A DNA stretch of 42,490 bases from a virus (IMGVR_UViG_3300046788_000036:1-42490); one strand, 5' to 3'. Positions 8,873 through 18,417 are shown, counted from the stretch's first letter. Notes: a model not told the origin generated them from the sequence alone. Numbers and translations are program-made.

Positions 8873-10392
8873 CGCTTTGCCCCCGAGCCGTTCTGCTGCG
8901 GGATGTCCACCCGTACTGTACCGATGCCCCACACTCCGTCCGAGGTCGGCTGCCAGCGAAAGCGCACGTTACGACCGGAGATGCGAGTATCACAATAACC
9001 GTCCGACCGAGGGGTATAGGGGCCGAACGTCGTCACCGTGCCCTCTGGCGTGTACTGGGCATAGGCCGTTACTTGCAGAGCCGTTGCCCCATCTCCGGTC
9101 GCCGCCTGCAACTGGTTGATGTCAACGATGCGATCACTTACTCCCAACGCGCCTGTCTCGACGAAGATGTCCTGAAAGCGCGGCTGCCCGGCGTTCGTCC
9201 ACTGGTCAGGCTCGTCATGCTCGAACATATCTCCGTCGGCATTGCCCATGAACGGCTCGGTATAGGCAACGGCAGGAGACATCGCCGAACGTGTCAGCAT
9301 CCCCCAGGCCCACCAGTTTTCGACATAGTTCCAGATCACGTAGCGATTGGCCTCGGTATTACCCCGCGTAGTATAGAACCACCACAGTTCGGGAAAGCGG
9401 CCATTCTGCGCGCCATGGATGCGGTAGGGGCCGTAACTGGGATCGAACTCGGCGAGGATGTCGTTCAGGATCGGGCAGTCGAGATTGGCAACGCCGCCGC
9501 CGCTATAAACCTGGAAGCCGTTGCGACCCAGCCATGCGGCGCGACCGTCGAATGAGATAATCGAATCGGGATGCATCATCGCAACGGTTGATAGCCATGT
9601 GAAGCCGAAGATGAAGGGCTGCCCGACGTACTGCATCAGATAGCAGTCGGACATCGAATGGATCAGGTGCCCTTCGCGTACCTCCGTCGCCGCCAGCAGA
9701 GGAGCATGGGTATCGAGATCCTGAAAGCCCGCACTGTTGGTCGTGCTGGCAAAGTTCCAATCGGTGTAGTCCTCCCGCGATGACCACGCGACCCGAAACA
9801 CCGAACCGCCGCCGCCGACCTGCCCAACAGCGATGACATGCCGTTCCTGGGAAACCGCGACAGCATTGTTCCCGGTGGGGGCCGTGGTGACGACCGCAGG
9901 AGCAACCGTCGCTGTCGCGGTGCTATAGTAGAAGATACGGCCATCGGCGCTCTCGGTCAGCACAACGTCCTGGCCCCAGTTATCAAAAGACCAGTAGGCG
10001 AAGGGCGAGAAGATGGGCGACGGACCAGGGCGAGGCGTGCCATAGGTCGACGTGCCATAGGTCAGGGTTCCATAGCCGCCTGCTGTGCCCACAGAATCGA
10101 GCGGAACGAGAGCGGCTGGCGTGATGTCAACGTAGGTGCTGCCGTTATCCTCATAGAGTTTTGAGCCTGTGCCAACGAGGACGTGGCGCTGGTCACTGTT
10201 GTCGCGATAGACGTAGATCTTCCGCACGGGGCCGGTCAGCGGAGTTGCCGTCAGTTTCGTCCAGCCGCCGATCGGAACGATTGAGCCGGATTGCCAGCGC
10301 ACGAGGTTGGCATCCCAATAGCGGTCCAGTGTCTCGTAGGGAGTGTTATTCCTTTCGAGACCCGGAGGGAGTTTGACGGGGACGAGCGGCAT
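8869..10392 (-). CDS. Tail nozzle / DNA stabilisation protein (P22 gp10 / T7 gp12-like)
   Basis: 507 aa, beta-propeller-like Trp-rich repeats (WSFDNWGQD, VAWSSRED, ELWWFY); position after the adaptor and fibre genes. Confidence 0.75.
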   Translation of the reverse strand: MPLVPVKLPPGLERNNTPYETLDRYWDANLVRWQSGSIVPIGGWTKLTATPLTGPVRKIYVYRDNSDQRHVLVGTGSKLYEDNGSTYVDITPAALVPLDSVGTAGGYGTLTYGTSTYGTPRPGPSPIFSPFAYWSFDNWGQDVVLTESADGRIFYYSTATATVAPAVVTTAPTGNNAVAVSQERHVIAVGQVGGGGSVFRVAWSSREDYTDWNFASTTNSAGFQDLDTHAPLLAATEVREGHLIHSMSDCYLMQYVGQPFIFGFTWLSTVAMMHPDSIISFDGRAAWLGRNGFQVYSGGGVANLDCPILNDILAEFDPSYGPYRIHGAQNGRFPELWWFYTTRGNTEANRYVIWNYVENWWAWGMLTRSAMSPAVAYTEPFMGNADGDMFEHDEPDQWTNAGQPRFQDIFVETGALGVSDRIVDINQLQAATGDGATALQVTAYAQYTPEGTVTTFGPYTPRSDGYCDTRISGRNVRFRWQPTSDGVWGIGTVRVDIPQQNGSGAKR

Positions 10393-11330
10393 CAGATACC
10401 AACCTCCATAATGGTGATGCTGGAGGCCATGACGCCACCCAGCAAGCGGCCCGCAAGACTGCCGTTGAAAGTAACGAGAGAGCCGCCAACACTTTGCCCA
10501 ATGCGGACCTTGAATGTGGTTGCTGAAGTCGTGCCACTTGTCATCTCATAGACGAATGACGGATTTACCATGCCTCCTGGCTGCAACAGATTGACGATGG
10601 TTGCCGCCAATGCATCAGTTCCACTGTCCTGAAACAGCGCCATGATGATGTTATCTGCCTGATTGCTGGAACAGGAAGCCACGACATTTATGACGAGCTT
10701 GCTGGTGGCGCTCTTGGGCGTGATGGAAAGCGACATATATTGGTCGCCCTCGGTACTCTGGGGAATAGTGTTATCGTAGGGGATCAGCGTCGATCCGGTG
10801 CTCACCGCGCCCGTGATCGTGGTCTGAATCTGCTGAATACCCACCCGGTCGGCATAAGCCGTCGTCGCCAGTGTCGTATTGTTGCTCGCCGCCGTCGTCG
10901 TCACGCCAGTAGAGGCCGCGAGAATGCCTGTGAGAAGCGGGGCCGTGAGTGTCTTGTTGGTGAGAGTCTGAACGGAGGTCGTATCGACCATGCCGACCGT
11001 GGAGGCGGCAATCATTGACGTGAAACCGGTTGTCGATGCGGCCACGTCTGCGATCAGGGCAACCGTGCCATCCGCGTCCTGCACCGTCAGCGTGCGGGTG
11101 GCGCCCGCGCTGATGCTGCTCATGGCCAGCATCATGGCCTTGCTGGTCGTCGTTACGTCGAGATACTTGGTGCTGGACAGGATTTGCGAGGAAATCGGCC
11201 GCGTTGTTGTTCCGGTGAAAACCGAATCGATGATGTCCAAATCAGAGTTCAGATGACCGCCCCAGAGGTTCGCATCAGCTCCGACTTCAGGCTTCTCAAG
11301 GTTCAGCCAAGTGGTAAAGCTATTAGGCAT
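10392..11330 (-). CDS. Tail fibre-like structural protein
   Basis: N-terminal LEKPEVGADANLWGGHLNSDLDIID attachment-like motif, QTLTNKTLTAP fibre motif, and a beta-rich C-terminal domain. Confidence 0.7.
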   Translation of the reverse strand: MPNSFTTWLNLEKPEVGADANLWGGHLNSDLDIIDSVFTGTTTRPISSQILSSTKYLDVTTTSKAMMLAMSSISAGATRTLTVQDADGTVALIADVAASTTGFTSMIAASTVGMVDTTSVQTLTNKTLTAPLLTGILAASTGVTTTAASNNTTLATTAYADRVGIQQIQTTITGAVSTGSTLIPYDNTIPQSTEGDQYMSLSITPKSATSKLVINVVASCSSNQADNIIMALFQDSGTDALAATIVNLLQPGGMVNPSFVYEMTSGTTSATTFKVRIGQSVGGSLVTFNGSLAGRLLGGVMASSITIMEVGI

Positions 11331-11333
11331 CGA

Positions 11334-11555
11334 TCACTCCTCAGGCGTCCAGCGCGGCTCACCAGGATCAGCGGGGTTTTCCTCGGTCCATGCTTCAAAG
11401 ACGACTTCGCCAGTGGCGGGATTGGTCGAGACCCTGCCGAACTTCGCCCCCTGCGCCTTCGCCTCGGTGGACGTGTTCGATGTCCATGCCTTCAGCATGG
11501 CAGAGGATTTATACACCCCTAAGTGGCTGCGGGCGATAAAGAAAGGTTCAGCCAA
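11334..11555 (-). CDS. Hypothetical protein ending WTEE...WTPEE
   Basis: Track ORF, tightly packed in the operon. Confidence 0.6.
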   Translation of the reverse strand: MAEPFFIARSHLGVYKSSAMLKAWTSNTSTEAKAQGAKFGRVSTNPATGEVVFEAWTEENPADPGEPRWTPEE

Positions 11556-11718
11556 GGCGGCGTCTCCATGTGTCGGTCGGTAGGGGTTCCTCGTTCCACA
11601 GGTCTCCCCGGTCGGTCACGAGGATGATGACCCCCGATTCGGTCAGTATTTCCAGCAGCGATTCCGTCAGCAACGGGATTTCCAGCAGGTTGATCGGTTC
11701 GGGGGTCCAGGTGGTCAT
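11548..11718 (-). CDS. Small structural hypothetical protein (MTTWTPEP...LLTES)
   Basis: ATGA overlap at 11715-11718; WTPE and LLTES motifs. Confidence 0.6.
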   Translation of the reverse strand: MTTWTPEPINLLEIPLLTESLLEILTESGVIILVTDRGDLWNEEPLPTDTWRRRLG

Positions 11719-12176
11719 CCGGGCGTCCATGAACCGAGCAAGAAAGTGGCTACCCAAAGGGTTGTCGAAATAGCCTTCACGGTAATGACCGAATAGGGCG
11801 AGTCGGACGATACGAAGCCACCCGCGCTGGAGGCTATCTCCCCCAGAGTGATGATGTCCGAGCCATCCACGTCTATTTCCAGCAACTGGTTGGCTGCCAC
11901 GATGAAGGTGTAAGTGAGTTGGACGATGGCAGGCGTAGGCAACGTCAGGATGACTGGCCCTGCCGCTCCAGCATTGCTGAATGTCCCTGTGGTCTGGGCT
12001 GCCGTCATGCTGTGGTTGGTCGTGTAGGCCGTATAGCCGACCTGAAGGCCACCGAGATAGGACGCCAGCAGCGCGGGATTGGCCGAACTGGTGACGCCGT
12101 TCTGGACAACGGGAAATTTCTCGTCGCCGTTGATGACGGGAACGAGGTCCAGTCTGGAAATGGGGATGCCGGTCAT
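11715..12176 (-). CDS. Structural / fibre-like protein
   Basis: ISRLDLV...EKFPVVQNGVT N-terminus and a beta-sandwich-like C-terminus ending GSWTPG; ATGA-coupled start. Confidence 0.65.
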   Translation of the reverse strand: MTGIPISRLDLVPVINGDEKFPVVQNGVTSSANPALLASYLGGLQVGYTAYTTNHSMTAAQTTGTFSNAGAAGPVILTLPTPAIVQLTYTFIVAANQLLEIDVDGSDIITLGEIASSAGGFVSSDSPYSVITVKAISTTLWVATFLLGSWTPG

Positions 12177-14008
12177 TGGGCTACTCTCGGGGTCCATGAA
12201 TCGCTGTTGACCGGCTCAGGCGTCCAGATGTCCGGCGTTACCGGATGAGTCTGCCAATAGCTTAGATCAAAGCGCGCACCATCTGCCGCCTCGCGGGCTG
12301 CCATTGTGACGTTGATAGTACCGACGCTACCTACATTGAACAGCGCAGTATCGGGCGCCTCGGTGGCTGCAAAGACGATGGGAGTGGCCGCCACGATGCC
12401 GAAGGATGCAAGGTCTGCCGACTCGCTCGCCGCCAGAGAAACGTTCGTCTTGGCTGAAACCGCGAGGCTTGCCGTGTCCGCTGCCTCAGTTGCTGCCAGA
12501 TTCACTCCGGTCTGGATCGAGGCGGTCAGGGCGGCCGTATCGGCGGCTTCCGTGGTTGCCAGATTGACGACGGCTGCGGGAGCGCCTGCGGTGAGATGCG
12601 CCGTGTCCGCTGCCTCTGTAGCAGCCAGCGTTACTCCGGTTTGGGCCGCGATGGCGATGGCTGCCGTATCCGCAGCTTCGGTCGCTGCAAGCGTTACACC
12701 TGTCTTGGCCGTGATGGCGAAAGCGCCTGTGTCTGCTGCCTCGGTGGTGATAAGTGTCACGCCCGTCTGGGCGGTAATGGCAAGAGCTGCAGTATCGGCG
12801 GCCTCGGTAGCAGCCAGAGTAACGGCGGTAGACGTGGTAAGAGAGGCTGTGAATGCCGCTGTATCGCCTGCTTCCGTGGCCGCAAGGCTGACGCCCGTTT
12901 TAGATGTGATGGCGATGGAGGCCGTGTCAGCGGCCTCTGTCGCCGCCAGGGTCGTGCCCGTCTGGGCAGTGATCGCAATCGCTGCCGTATCGGCCGCTTC
13001 CGTCGCTGCCAGTGCAACTGCGACATTGACGACGAATGCGCCCGTGTCCGCTGTTTCCGTGGCGGCCAGTGTTGCCCCGGTCTTGGCAGTGATGGCGATT
13101 GCGGCGGTATCGGCCGCTTCCGTGGTTGCCAGTGTGACGGCAAGACCAGTATTCGCCGTGTAAGTGATGACGATTAGCCCAGCGCCACCCGTGCCGGTAT
13201 GCGAGGAAGCGTTATAGGAACCACGGGCACCGCCTCGGCCACCACCCCCTCCGCCGTAGACTGCACCGTCCCCCGCCGTCGAGAGCGTTACGCCGGTATT
13301 GGTGTTGGTGCCCGAACCGCCGCCGCCCGAACTGGCACCGGCTGTCGCTCCGCCCGCTGTAGCCGTCCATAGCGTAGCGGCCGTACCGCTCGTGCCGGTC
13401 GTTGGTGTGACATCGCCCGTGCCGCCACCGCCACCAGCCGGTGAGCCACCATCGGCCGTGCCACCGCTGCCACCGGCTGTCGTCGCAGGATTACTCGGCG
13501 AGCCGCCGATCCCGGTCGTGCCCGCAGCACCCCCGCCGCCTGCCCCGCCCAATGACTTGCCGCTCGAAGCGCCGCTGCCGCCGTTGCGCGCGGTCGTCTG
13601 GGTATAGACAACGGTTGGCGATCCAAGATCGCTGACGACGAAATTAGCGCCGCCGTTGACACCTGAAGCATCTGCCGCCGCTGATCCGGGAATCGCATAA
13701 AATGCTCCCGAATTGGCGCTGCTGCTTCCCCATTGATTGCTGATAGTCGAGCCACTACCCCCCGCCCCCACACGGAACGCAACCGTCGTCGTGCTGGGCG
13801 TCAGCGTGCCTGACGAATAGGTCATCAGCCGATAGGCACCACCCGCACCACCGCCGCCGCCATTCGGCCCTGATCCCGTGGTTCCTATTGCCCCGGCGCC
13901 ACCGTGACCTACACCTTCAACTGTATGGCCAGTCGCAGGCACTGGAAAATCGGCCGGTACTGTCCACGGTGAACTTGTTGCGGCTAACAGGAAGACGATG
14001 GTAGCCAT
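12173..14008 (-). CDS. Gly-rich and repeat-rich virion fibre protein (611 aa)
   Basis: N-terminal GGGGG-rich domain, 14 copies of a ~21-aa LAATEAADTA repeat, C-terminal WTPE motifs. Confidence 0.75.
   Translation of the reverse strand: MATIVFLLAATSSPWTVPADFPVPATGHTVEGVGHGGAGAIGTTGSGPNGGGGGAGGAYRLMTYSSGTLTPSTTTVAFRVGAGGSGSTISNQWGSSSANSGAFYAIPGSAAADASGVNGGANFVVSDLGSPTVVYTQTTARNGGSGASSGKSLGGAGGGGAAGTTGIGGSPSNPATTAGGSGGTADGGSPAGGGGGTGDVTPTTGTSGTAATLWTATAGGATAGASSGGGGSGTNTNTGVTLSTAGDGAVYGGGGGGRGGARGSYNASSHTGTGGAGLIVITYTANTGLAVTLATTEAADTAAIAITAKTGATLAATETADTGAFVVNVAVALAATEAADTAAIAITAQTGTTLAATEAADTASIAITSKTGVSLAATEAGDTAAFTASLTTSTAVTLAATEAADTAALAITAQTGVTLITTEAADTGAFAITAKTGVTLAATEAADTAAIAIAAQTGVTLAATEAADTAHLTAGAPAAVVNLATTEAADTAALTASIQTGVNLAATEAADTASLAVSAKTNVSLAASESADLASFGIVAATPIVFAATEAPDTALFNVGSVGTINVTMAAREAADGARFDLSYWQTHPVTPDIWTPEPVNSDSWTPRVAQ
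12270..13140 (-). repeat. Coding tandem repeat, 14 x ~63 bp (VxLAATEAADTAxxxITAxTG)
   Basis: Units counted directly in the translation; codons diverge between units. Confidence 0.9.
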
Positions 14009-14622
14009 CAGCGGCTCTCGCCGAAGTAGTGCGTAACCGTATCGAACCGCTCGCCTTCGCTCTCACGGGCCGCGACGAACGCCTGCATCGCTGCCGACTT
14101 GGAATAACTCCGATCAATATGAATCTTGGTCGTGTCCTCCTCGTGCGTCAGCATCACACCGCAACGATCAGGGCGTAACTCCGGACTCATTGGCCGGTTA
14201 CCGCTCTGGCTCTGCAGCCACATGCATTCAAACCTGCCACACACGGCTGGTTTGCTGGCGTTGATCGAGCAGCCGGCATTGCAGAGGTTGTGGCAGGGCT
14301 TATGGCTGGGCTTGGTGAATCCGTCGCCCTCATCGGCCACAAAGGGCGTGATGCAACAGGCCCGACAGGAGCCACAGGGCTGACGCTCGGGATCGGCGTC
14401 GAGCACTGCCTGCTCGCCTTTCCAGATGATCCATTCCTTGTGGTTCCAGATGTCGGTCATCGGCTGCCATCCGGCGTTGCTCACAAAGTAGCGTTCGCCT
14501 TTGCCGAACATCGTATTGGCCGGGATAGACATCGGGTCATCGGTGAACACGACCCTGCATCCGCCACCATGGTCCTTAATACCGGCGATCAGGCCCCACT
14601 GAATGGCAGGCAGAGCACTCAT
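14008..14622 (-). CDS. YkgJ-like cysteine-cluster (Zn/Fe-chelating) protein
   Basis: CGSCRACC...PCHNLC...GCSI...RFECMW pattern. Confidence 0.7.
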   Translation of the reverse strand: MSALPAIQWGLIAGIKDHGGGCRVVFTDDPMSIPANTMFGKGERYFVSNAGWQPMTDIWNHKEWIIWKGEQAVLDADPERQPCGSCRACCITPFVADEGDGFTKPSHKPCHNLCNAGCSINASKPAVCGRFECMWLQSQSGNRPMSPELRPDRCGVMLTHEEDTTKIHIDRSYSKSAAMQAFVAARESEGERFDTVTHYFGESR

Positions 14623-14627
14623 TGACC

Positions 14628-15035
14628 TTACGAATGAGTGATCGTGCCGGAGTTGATCGAGACCGTCTGTCCGTTCGTCACGTTGACGTTGGCAATGATC
14701 ACATCTGCTCCGGTTGTCGCTACCGTGAGCCCGGTGACAATGGCCGTGCCCGCGTTGTTCCTGAGTTCGGCCTTCGATGCGGTGGCGGTCAGGATGGCCG
14801 TGGTGGTGATCGGCACTGCCAGCATGGTAATGACGCCGGCGCTGAGCGAGAACGGTGTCGAACTCAAGACCCCTGTGGCAATCACACCCGTAGATCCCGA
14901 GAGGGTGCTGGTGCCGATAACGATAGTGCCGGCCGAAAAGGCTCCAGTCGATGCGGCGGCGACCTTGCTGCCGATCAGGTCAAGGACAAGCTGCATACGA
15001 TTGTCCTTGAGTGTCGATGAATACGTAACAGCCAT
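14628..15035 (-). CDS. Structural hypothetical protein (Thr/Ala/Gly-rich, beta-rich)
   Basis: Track ORF with RBS (GAGGA); composition and position typical of virion decoration proteins. Confidence 0.65.
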   Translation of the reverse strand: MAVTYSSTLKDNRMQLVLDLIGSKVAAASTGAFSAGTIVIGTSTLSGSTGVIATGVLSSTPFSLSAGVITMLAVPITTTAILTATASKAELRNNAGTAIVTGLTVATTGADVIIANVNVTNGQTVSINSGTITHS

Positions 15036-15044
15036 GATGATCCT

Positions 15045-15671
15045 CTATCCGAAAGTGGCCATGCGGGTACGGATACGGGTCGTTGGCCGCTTGGCCCGCT
15101 CGCTTTCCAGTTTCATGTCCTCAGTGATCTTGTTGGCCGCTCCCGCCCACACCGCAATGCGCTCGTCGTCCTTCAGGAAGGGCGCCGATGCCGCGAGAGC
15201 AGAATAGAGGTAGAGATCGGGCGACTTCAGCAGCAGCCAGTTGGACGTGTTGCTGTTGGAGAGCGCGGGAATCTTGGCGTAGTAGCGGATGTCGTAGGAC
15301 ACGTCTCCCGTTGGCACCGGAAGAACCTGGAAGGCACCGTTCAGAATGGTATAGTATCGGGTCGTGTTGGTGAGGCCGCTCGCTTCCAACTGGTCGAACT
15401 CTTCCTCGCCGACATATTCTAGGATCTGCATCCCCGCCGTCGGGTCTTCCAGCCTGAGCGTGCGCGTTTCCAGCCAGTCGGAAGGCACTGCCACGAGATC
15501 GGCGCTGGAAGTGCCGTCCGAGAACACTTCCATCTGCAGGACGCGCAGGGTGCGGTTGATCTGCGCTTCTCCGATGGTGATGAAATCGGGAATCTGGCTA
15601 GTCAGATCCTGACGGTTAAGCCAGTCTGCCACCGAAGCCTTCAGGCCGGTATAGGTGCCATCAAGGGCCAT
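15045..15671 (-). CDS. Head-tail adaptor / tail tubular protein A
   Basis: YTGLKASVADWLNRQDLTSQIPDFITIGEAQINRTLR and NWLLLKSPDLYLY...APFLKDDERI, typical of podovirus adaptor proteins. Confidence 0.8.
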   Translation of the reverse strand: MALDGTYTGLKASVADWLNRQDLTSQIPDFITIGEAQINRTLRVLQMEVFSDGTSSADLVAVPSDWLETRTLRLEDPTAGMQILEYVGEEEFDQLEASGLTNTTRYYTILNGAFQVLPVPTGDVSYDIRYYAKIPALSNSNTSNWLLLKSPDLYLYSALAASAPFLKDDERIAVWAGAANKITEDMKLESERAKRPTTRIRTRMATFG

Positions 15672-16480
15672 CAGTCTGCTGCCTGCGGGCCATGGAGGGC
15701 CTCCGCGATCATGTCCTTGTGGATGCCCTCGGCGCCGACAATACTCGGTGTCTTGGCAAACGGGATCACCGGCTTGGCCTCCGGCACCTTATGAAGATCG
15801 GTTACGACCGCTGCATCGACCTCGGCGCGCATGGAAAGTGCCTGGGCATCGTCAACATGCTCATGGCCGAACTCGAAGATGCCGACATGGCGGACTTGCT
15901 TGGAAAGGTCATGGTCGATGAAGATGTCGAAGCCATAGCGTCCGGCGTTGATGCAGAAATAGATGTCCTCGCCCAGGGTGGTGTGGTTCTTGACCGAATA
16001 CTGGAACCAGAACATCGGCACGTCGGGCTTGTCGAGCTTCTTGAACACTGCCGCCGAGGTCAGCATACAGCCCATCGGCGCACCCGTGACCTTCTCAAGC
16101 CCTGTGGAAGCCGCAAGCGTCGGGACGCGCCGCCAGAGTTTGCCGTCGTCGGTAAGCTGGAATGACACCGGTTCAGGCGGAACCTGTCTGGTGACATAGT
16201 TCGCGCAGACGATGTCCTTCTGGTGGGACAGAAGACGGATCAATGTGTCCTTGGGGAAACGCATGTCCGTGTCGAGCCACAGTATGTGAGCGCAGCCCTC
16301 CGACATCGCCTCACGCACGAGATCGATACGCTGGTTGAAGATCATCGTGCCCTTGCTGACGTAGGACGCCAGTTCTATGTCGGGCCGATGGGCACAGGTG
16401 AAGCCGATCATGTTCGCCATGTCGAAGGCGAAGCCGGTATCAACGATGTCCCGTGCCGGGCTGACGACTGCTAGTTTCAT
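15671..16480 (-). CDS. GT-A fold (GT2-like) glycosyltransferase
   Basis: DxD motif in HILWLDTDMRFP, GCML...VFKKL, and the catalytic-region motif GEDIYFC...H. Confidence 0.8.
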   Translation of the reverse strand: MKLAVVSPARDIVDTGFAFDMANMIGFTCAHRPDIELASYVSKGTMIFNQRIDLVREAMSEGCAHILWLDTDMRFPKDTLIRLLSHQKDIVCANYVTRQVPPEPVSFQLTDDGKLWRRVPTLAASTGLEKVTGAPMGCMLTSAAVFKKLDKPDVPMFWFQYSVKNHTTLGEDIYFCINAGRYGFDIFIDHDLSKQVRHVGIFEFGHEHVDDAQALSMRAEVDAAVVTDLHKVPEAKPVIPFAKTPSIVGAEGIHKDMIAEALHGPQAAD

Positions 16481-16813
16481 TCAGATGCTCCCAGGGCGTG
16501 TGCGTAACTTGCGATAGTCGATGTCGTTCAGGACGGTTTTCAGCCGCTTGCGTAACTCCCCGTCATCCAGCGTGCTGCCGTCCGGTGCGACTACCCCGGA
16601 CATCACGAGATCGGCGAAGAACACCATTGGGATGGAAGCGACCTTGGTGAACTCGCCCCACCGTCCATGGTCGCCGTTGTACTCGGCCTGATTCATGTCG
16701 AGGATCGGCGCCACTTCCTGGTCGGCGCCATAGGTCGTGATGCCGGTTTCCTCGTCGGTATCAACCCAATGAGAAATGCCGCTTTCAGGGTCGTGGTCGA
16801 GATATTGTTTCAT
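16481..16813 (-). CDS. Hypothetical protein (QEVAPILDMN...KVASIP...LRTRPG)
   Basis: ATG at 16813; gene type commonly found after the capsid gene in this kind of phage. Confidence 0.7.
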   Translation of the reverse strand: MKQYLDHDPESGISHWVDTDEETGITTYGADQEVAPILDMNQAEYNGDHGRWGEFTKVASIPMVFFADLVMSGVVAPDGSTLDDGELRKRLKTVLNDIDYRKLRTRPGSI

Positions 16814-16822
16814 TGACCTTCG

Positions 16823-16865
16823 AAAAAGCCCGGTGGAGGAGGGAGAAAGCGGCTCCCCCACCGGG
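16823..16865 (-). terminator. Rho-independent terminator after capsid/HNH
   Basis: On the minus strand: CCCGGTGGGGGAG...CTCCTCCACCGGG stem followed by CTTTTT. Confidence 0.7.
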
Positions 16866-16879
16866 AAGTTGGGACACAG

Positions 16880-17338
16880 TTAGGCAATGTGCTTCCAATA
16901 ACGCCGCGACCGCGTGTGGCGAATGGTTGCTTCGCTTACGCCAAATCGCGCCATTAAGATCAATTTATTCTCACCGCTGGCGCGAATCTCACGCACCTGT
17001 TCGGGAGTAAGTTTAGTCTTTGAACACATAGCGCCAACTGCGGTTCTCTTACGAGCCTCGCGATCAGCAATATTCTGCATTTGTGTTCCGACTTCAAGAT
17101 GCGCCGGATTCACACAAGACGGCACATCACAACGATGGCGAACAATCTTTCCTTTTGGAATTTTTCCGCAATGGAGTTTGTAGGAAACGCGATGTGTACG
17201 CTCCGCTCGCTTTCCATCCCAGATCATTCCATATCCGTCGACAGTGAGATGACCCATCCATAACCAACAACCGCTGTTGGGTTCTGGACTTACCTTATCC
17301 ATGAATCGGTCAATTAATGGGGCAGGTCTTCCGGTCAT
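16880..17338 (-). CDS. HNH homing endonuclease (HNH_3-like) with C-terminal HTH
   Basis: SGCWLWMG...HRVSY...HRCDVPSCVNPAHL..GT..QN; AT-richer than its flanks. Confidence 0.9.
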   Translation of the reverse strand: MTGRPAPLIDRFMDKVSPEPNSGCWLWMGHLTVDGYGMIWDGKRAERTHRVSYKLHCGKIPKGKIVRHRCDVPSCVNPAHLEVGTQMQNIADREARKRTAVGAMCSKTKLTPEQVREIRASGENKLILMARFGVSEATIRHTRSRRYWKHIA

Positions 17339-17414
17339 TTCTTGTCTCCGAGGAGAGTGGTGGCAGGGGTTCTACCCTACCACCAACACGATAGTTAATC
17401 TACAACAACACAAC

Positions 17415-18401
17415 TTATGCGGTCGTGCAGTCGGCGATATTGGCGAACGCCCGCTGGTTGCGGACCTTCAATGCGTACTCGACGATCAGCATCGTCTTGT
17501 CGGCATCGCCGGTCTTGGCCATCGGAATGCTCTGGAACGGCCGAAGGTAACTGACCCCCGCCATGCTCTTGTCCACCAGGTAGATGTCGGTCTCGGGCTG
17601 GAAGCGGTTTGGAACGATCGAGATCGTACCGAAGTCGCTGACGTACACGTCCGCAGCGCCGATGATCTGGGCCTGCCGACCGGCTGGAACGTCACGGAAG
17701 CGCGTGGCGATGCCGGTGAAGCCGGAGATGACCGTCTTGTTGAACGGCCCGCACATGGCGAAGTCGGGCGAGCCACCCTGCGTCCACACCTTCTGGATCG
17801 CAGACTTCAGCACGGTTTCCGTCGCCGTGCGTGCAGTCGTGGCCACCGCAGCAGTAGACGGATAGCCGTCCGAAGACGAAGACATCACGGGCGCTCCACC
17901 AGCGGTGCCGTTGCCGTTGATGTAGTTGGTGATGATCCACGCCCCGAGGCCTGCCGTCTGGCGAGCCACGGTGTTGTTGCCGACCACTGCCGCCTGCAGG
18001 CCAGTCAGCGTGCTTTCAAGGTCACGCTTCAGTTCATTGGCGGCCTTGGCGAGGTTGTAGGCCTTGGCAGACCTCATACCGGCCTTGTTGGAGGCTTCGA
18101 GGGTTCCCGTCACGGCCACGATCTTGCGGCTGATCTGGGTGTAGTTGCCGACGCGATTGGTCGCCGCACGGGTGTCTGCCGTGGTGACGATATCGTCGCC
18201 TTCGAGCTGCGCGTTGGTCGTGACCGCCGCAGCAAGAGTGTCAGTCTGCCATTCCGTGAAGGTCTGTGCAGCCTTGTCGCGTCCGATGTTGCTCTGGAAA
18301 GGAACGTCTACCGGACTGATGTTGTAGATGATGTCGGAAAGATCCTCACGTACCGACTTGGTGTAGTCGTAGCGCGTGATTGTGTTGGTAACGATTGCCA
18401 T
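17415..18401 (-). CDS. Major capsid protein (DUF5309 / SU10-like)
   Basis: REDLSDIIYNISP, EWQTDTL, NYTQISRK, ELKRDLE and VYVSDFGTISIVPNRF. Start reassigned to MAIVT at 18401. Confidence 0.9.
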   Translation of the reverse strand: MAIVTNTITRYDYTKSVREDLSDIIYNISPVDVPFQSNIGRDKAAQTFTEWQTDTLAAAVTTNAQLEGDDIVTTADTRAATNRVGNYTQISRKIVAVTGTLEASNKAGMRSAKAYNLAKAANELKRDLESTLTGLQAAVVGNNTVARQTAGLGAWIITNYINGNGTAGGAPVMSSSSDGYPSTAAVATTARTATETVLKSAIQKVWTQGGSPDFAMCGPFNKTVISGFTGIATRFRDVPAGRQAQIIGAADVYVSDFGTISIVPNRFQPETDIYLVDKSMAGVSYLRPFQSIPMAKTGDADKTMLIVEYALKVRNQRAFANIADCTTA

Positions 18402-18417
18402 TTCTCGCTCCGGGGCC

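Noticed and set aside
12306-13177. Repetitive plus-strand ORFs; possible CRISPR-like array
   Set aside because: Mirror of the coding LAATEAADTA repeat. Units are degenerate at third codon positions and there are no unique spacers.
1337-14008. Diversity-generating retroelement acting on tail genes
   Set aside because: No reverse transcriptase gene and no adenine-variant template/variable repeat pair were seen.
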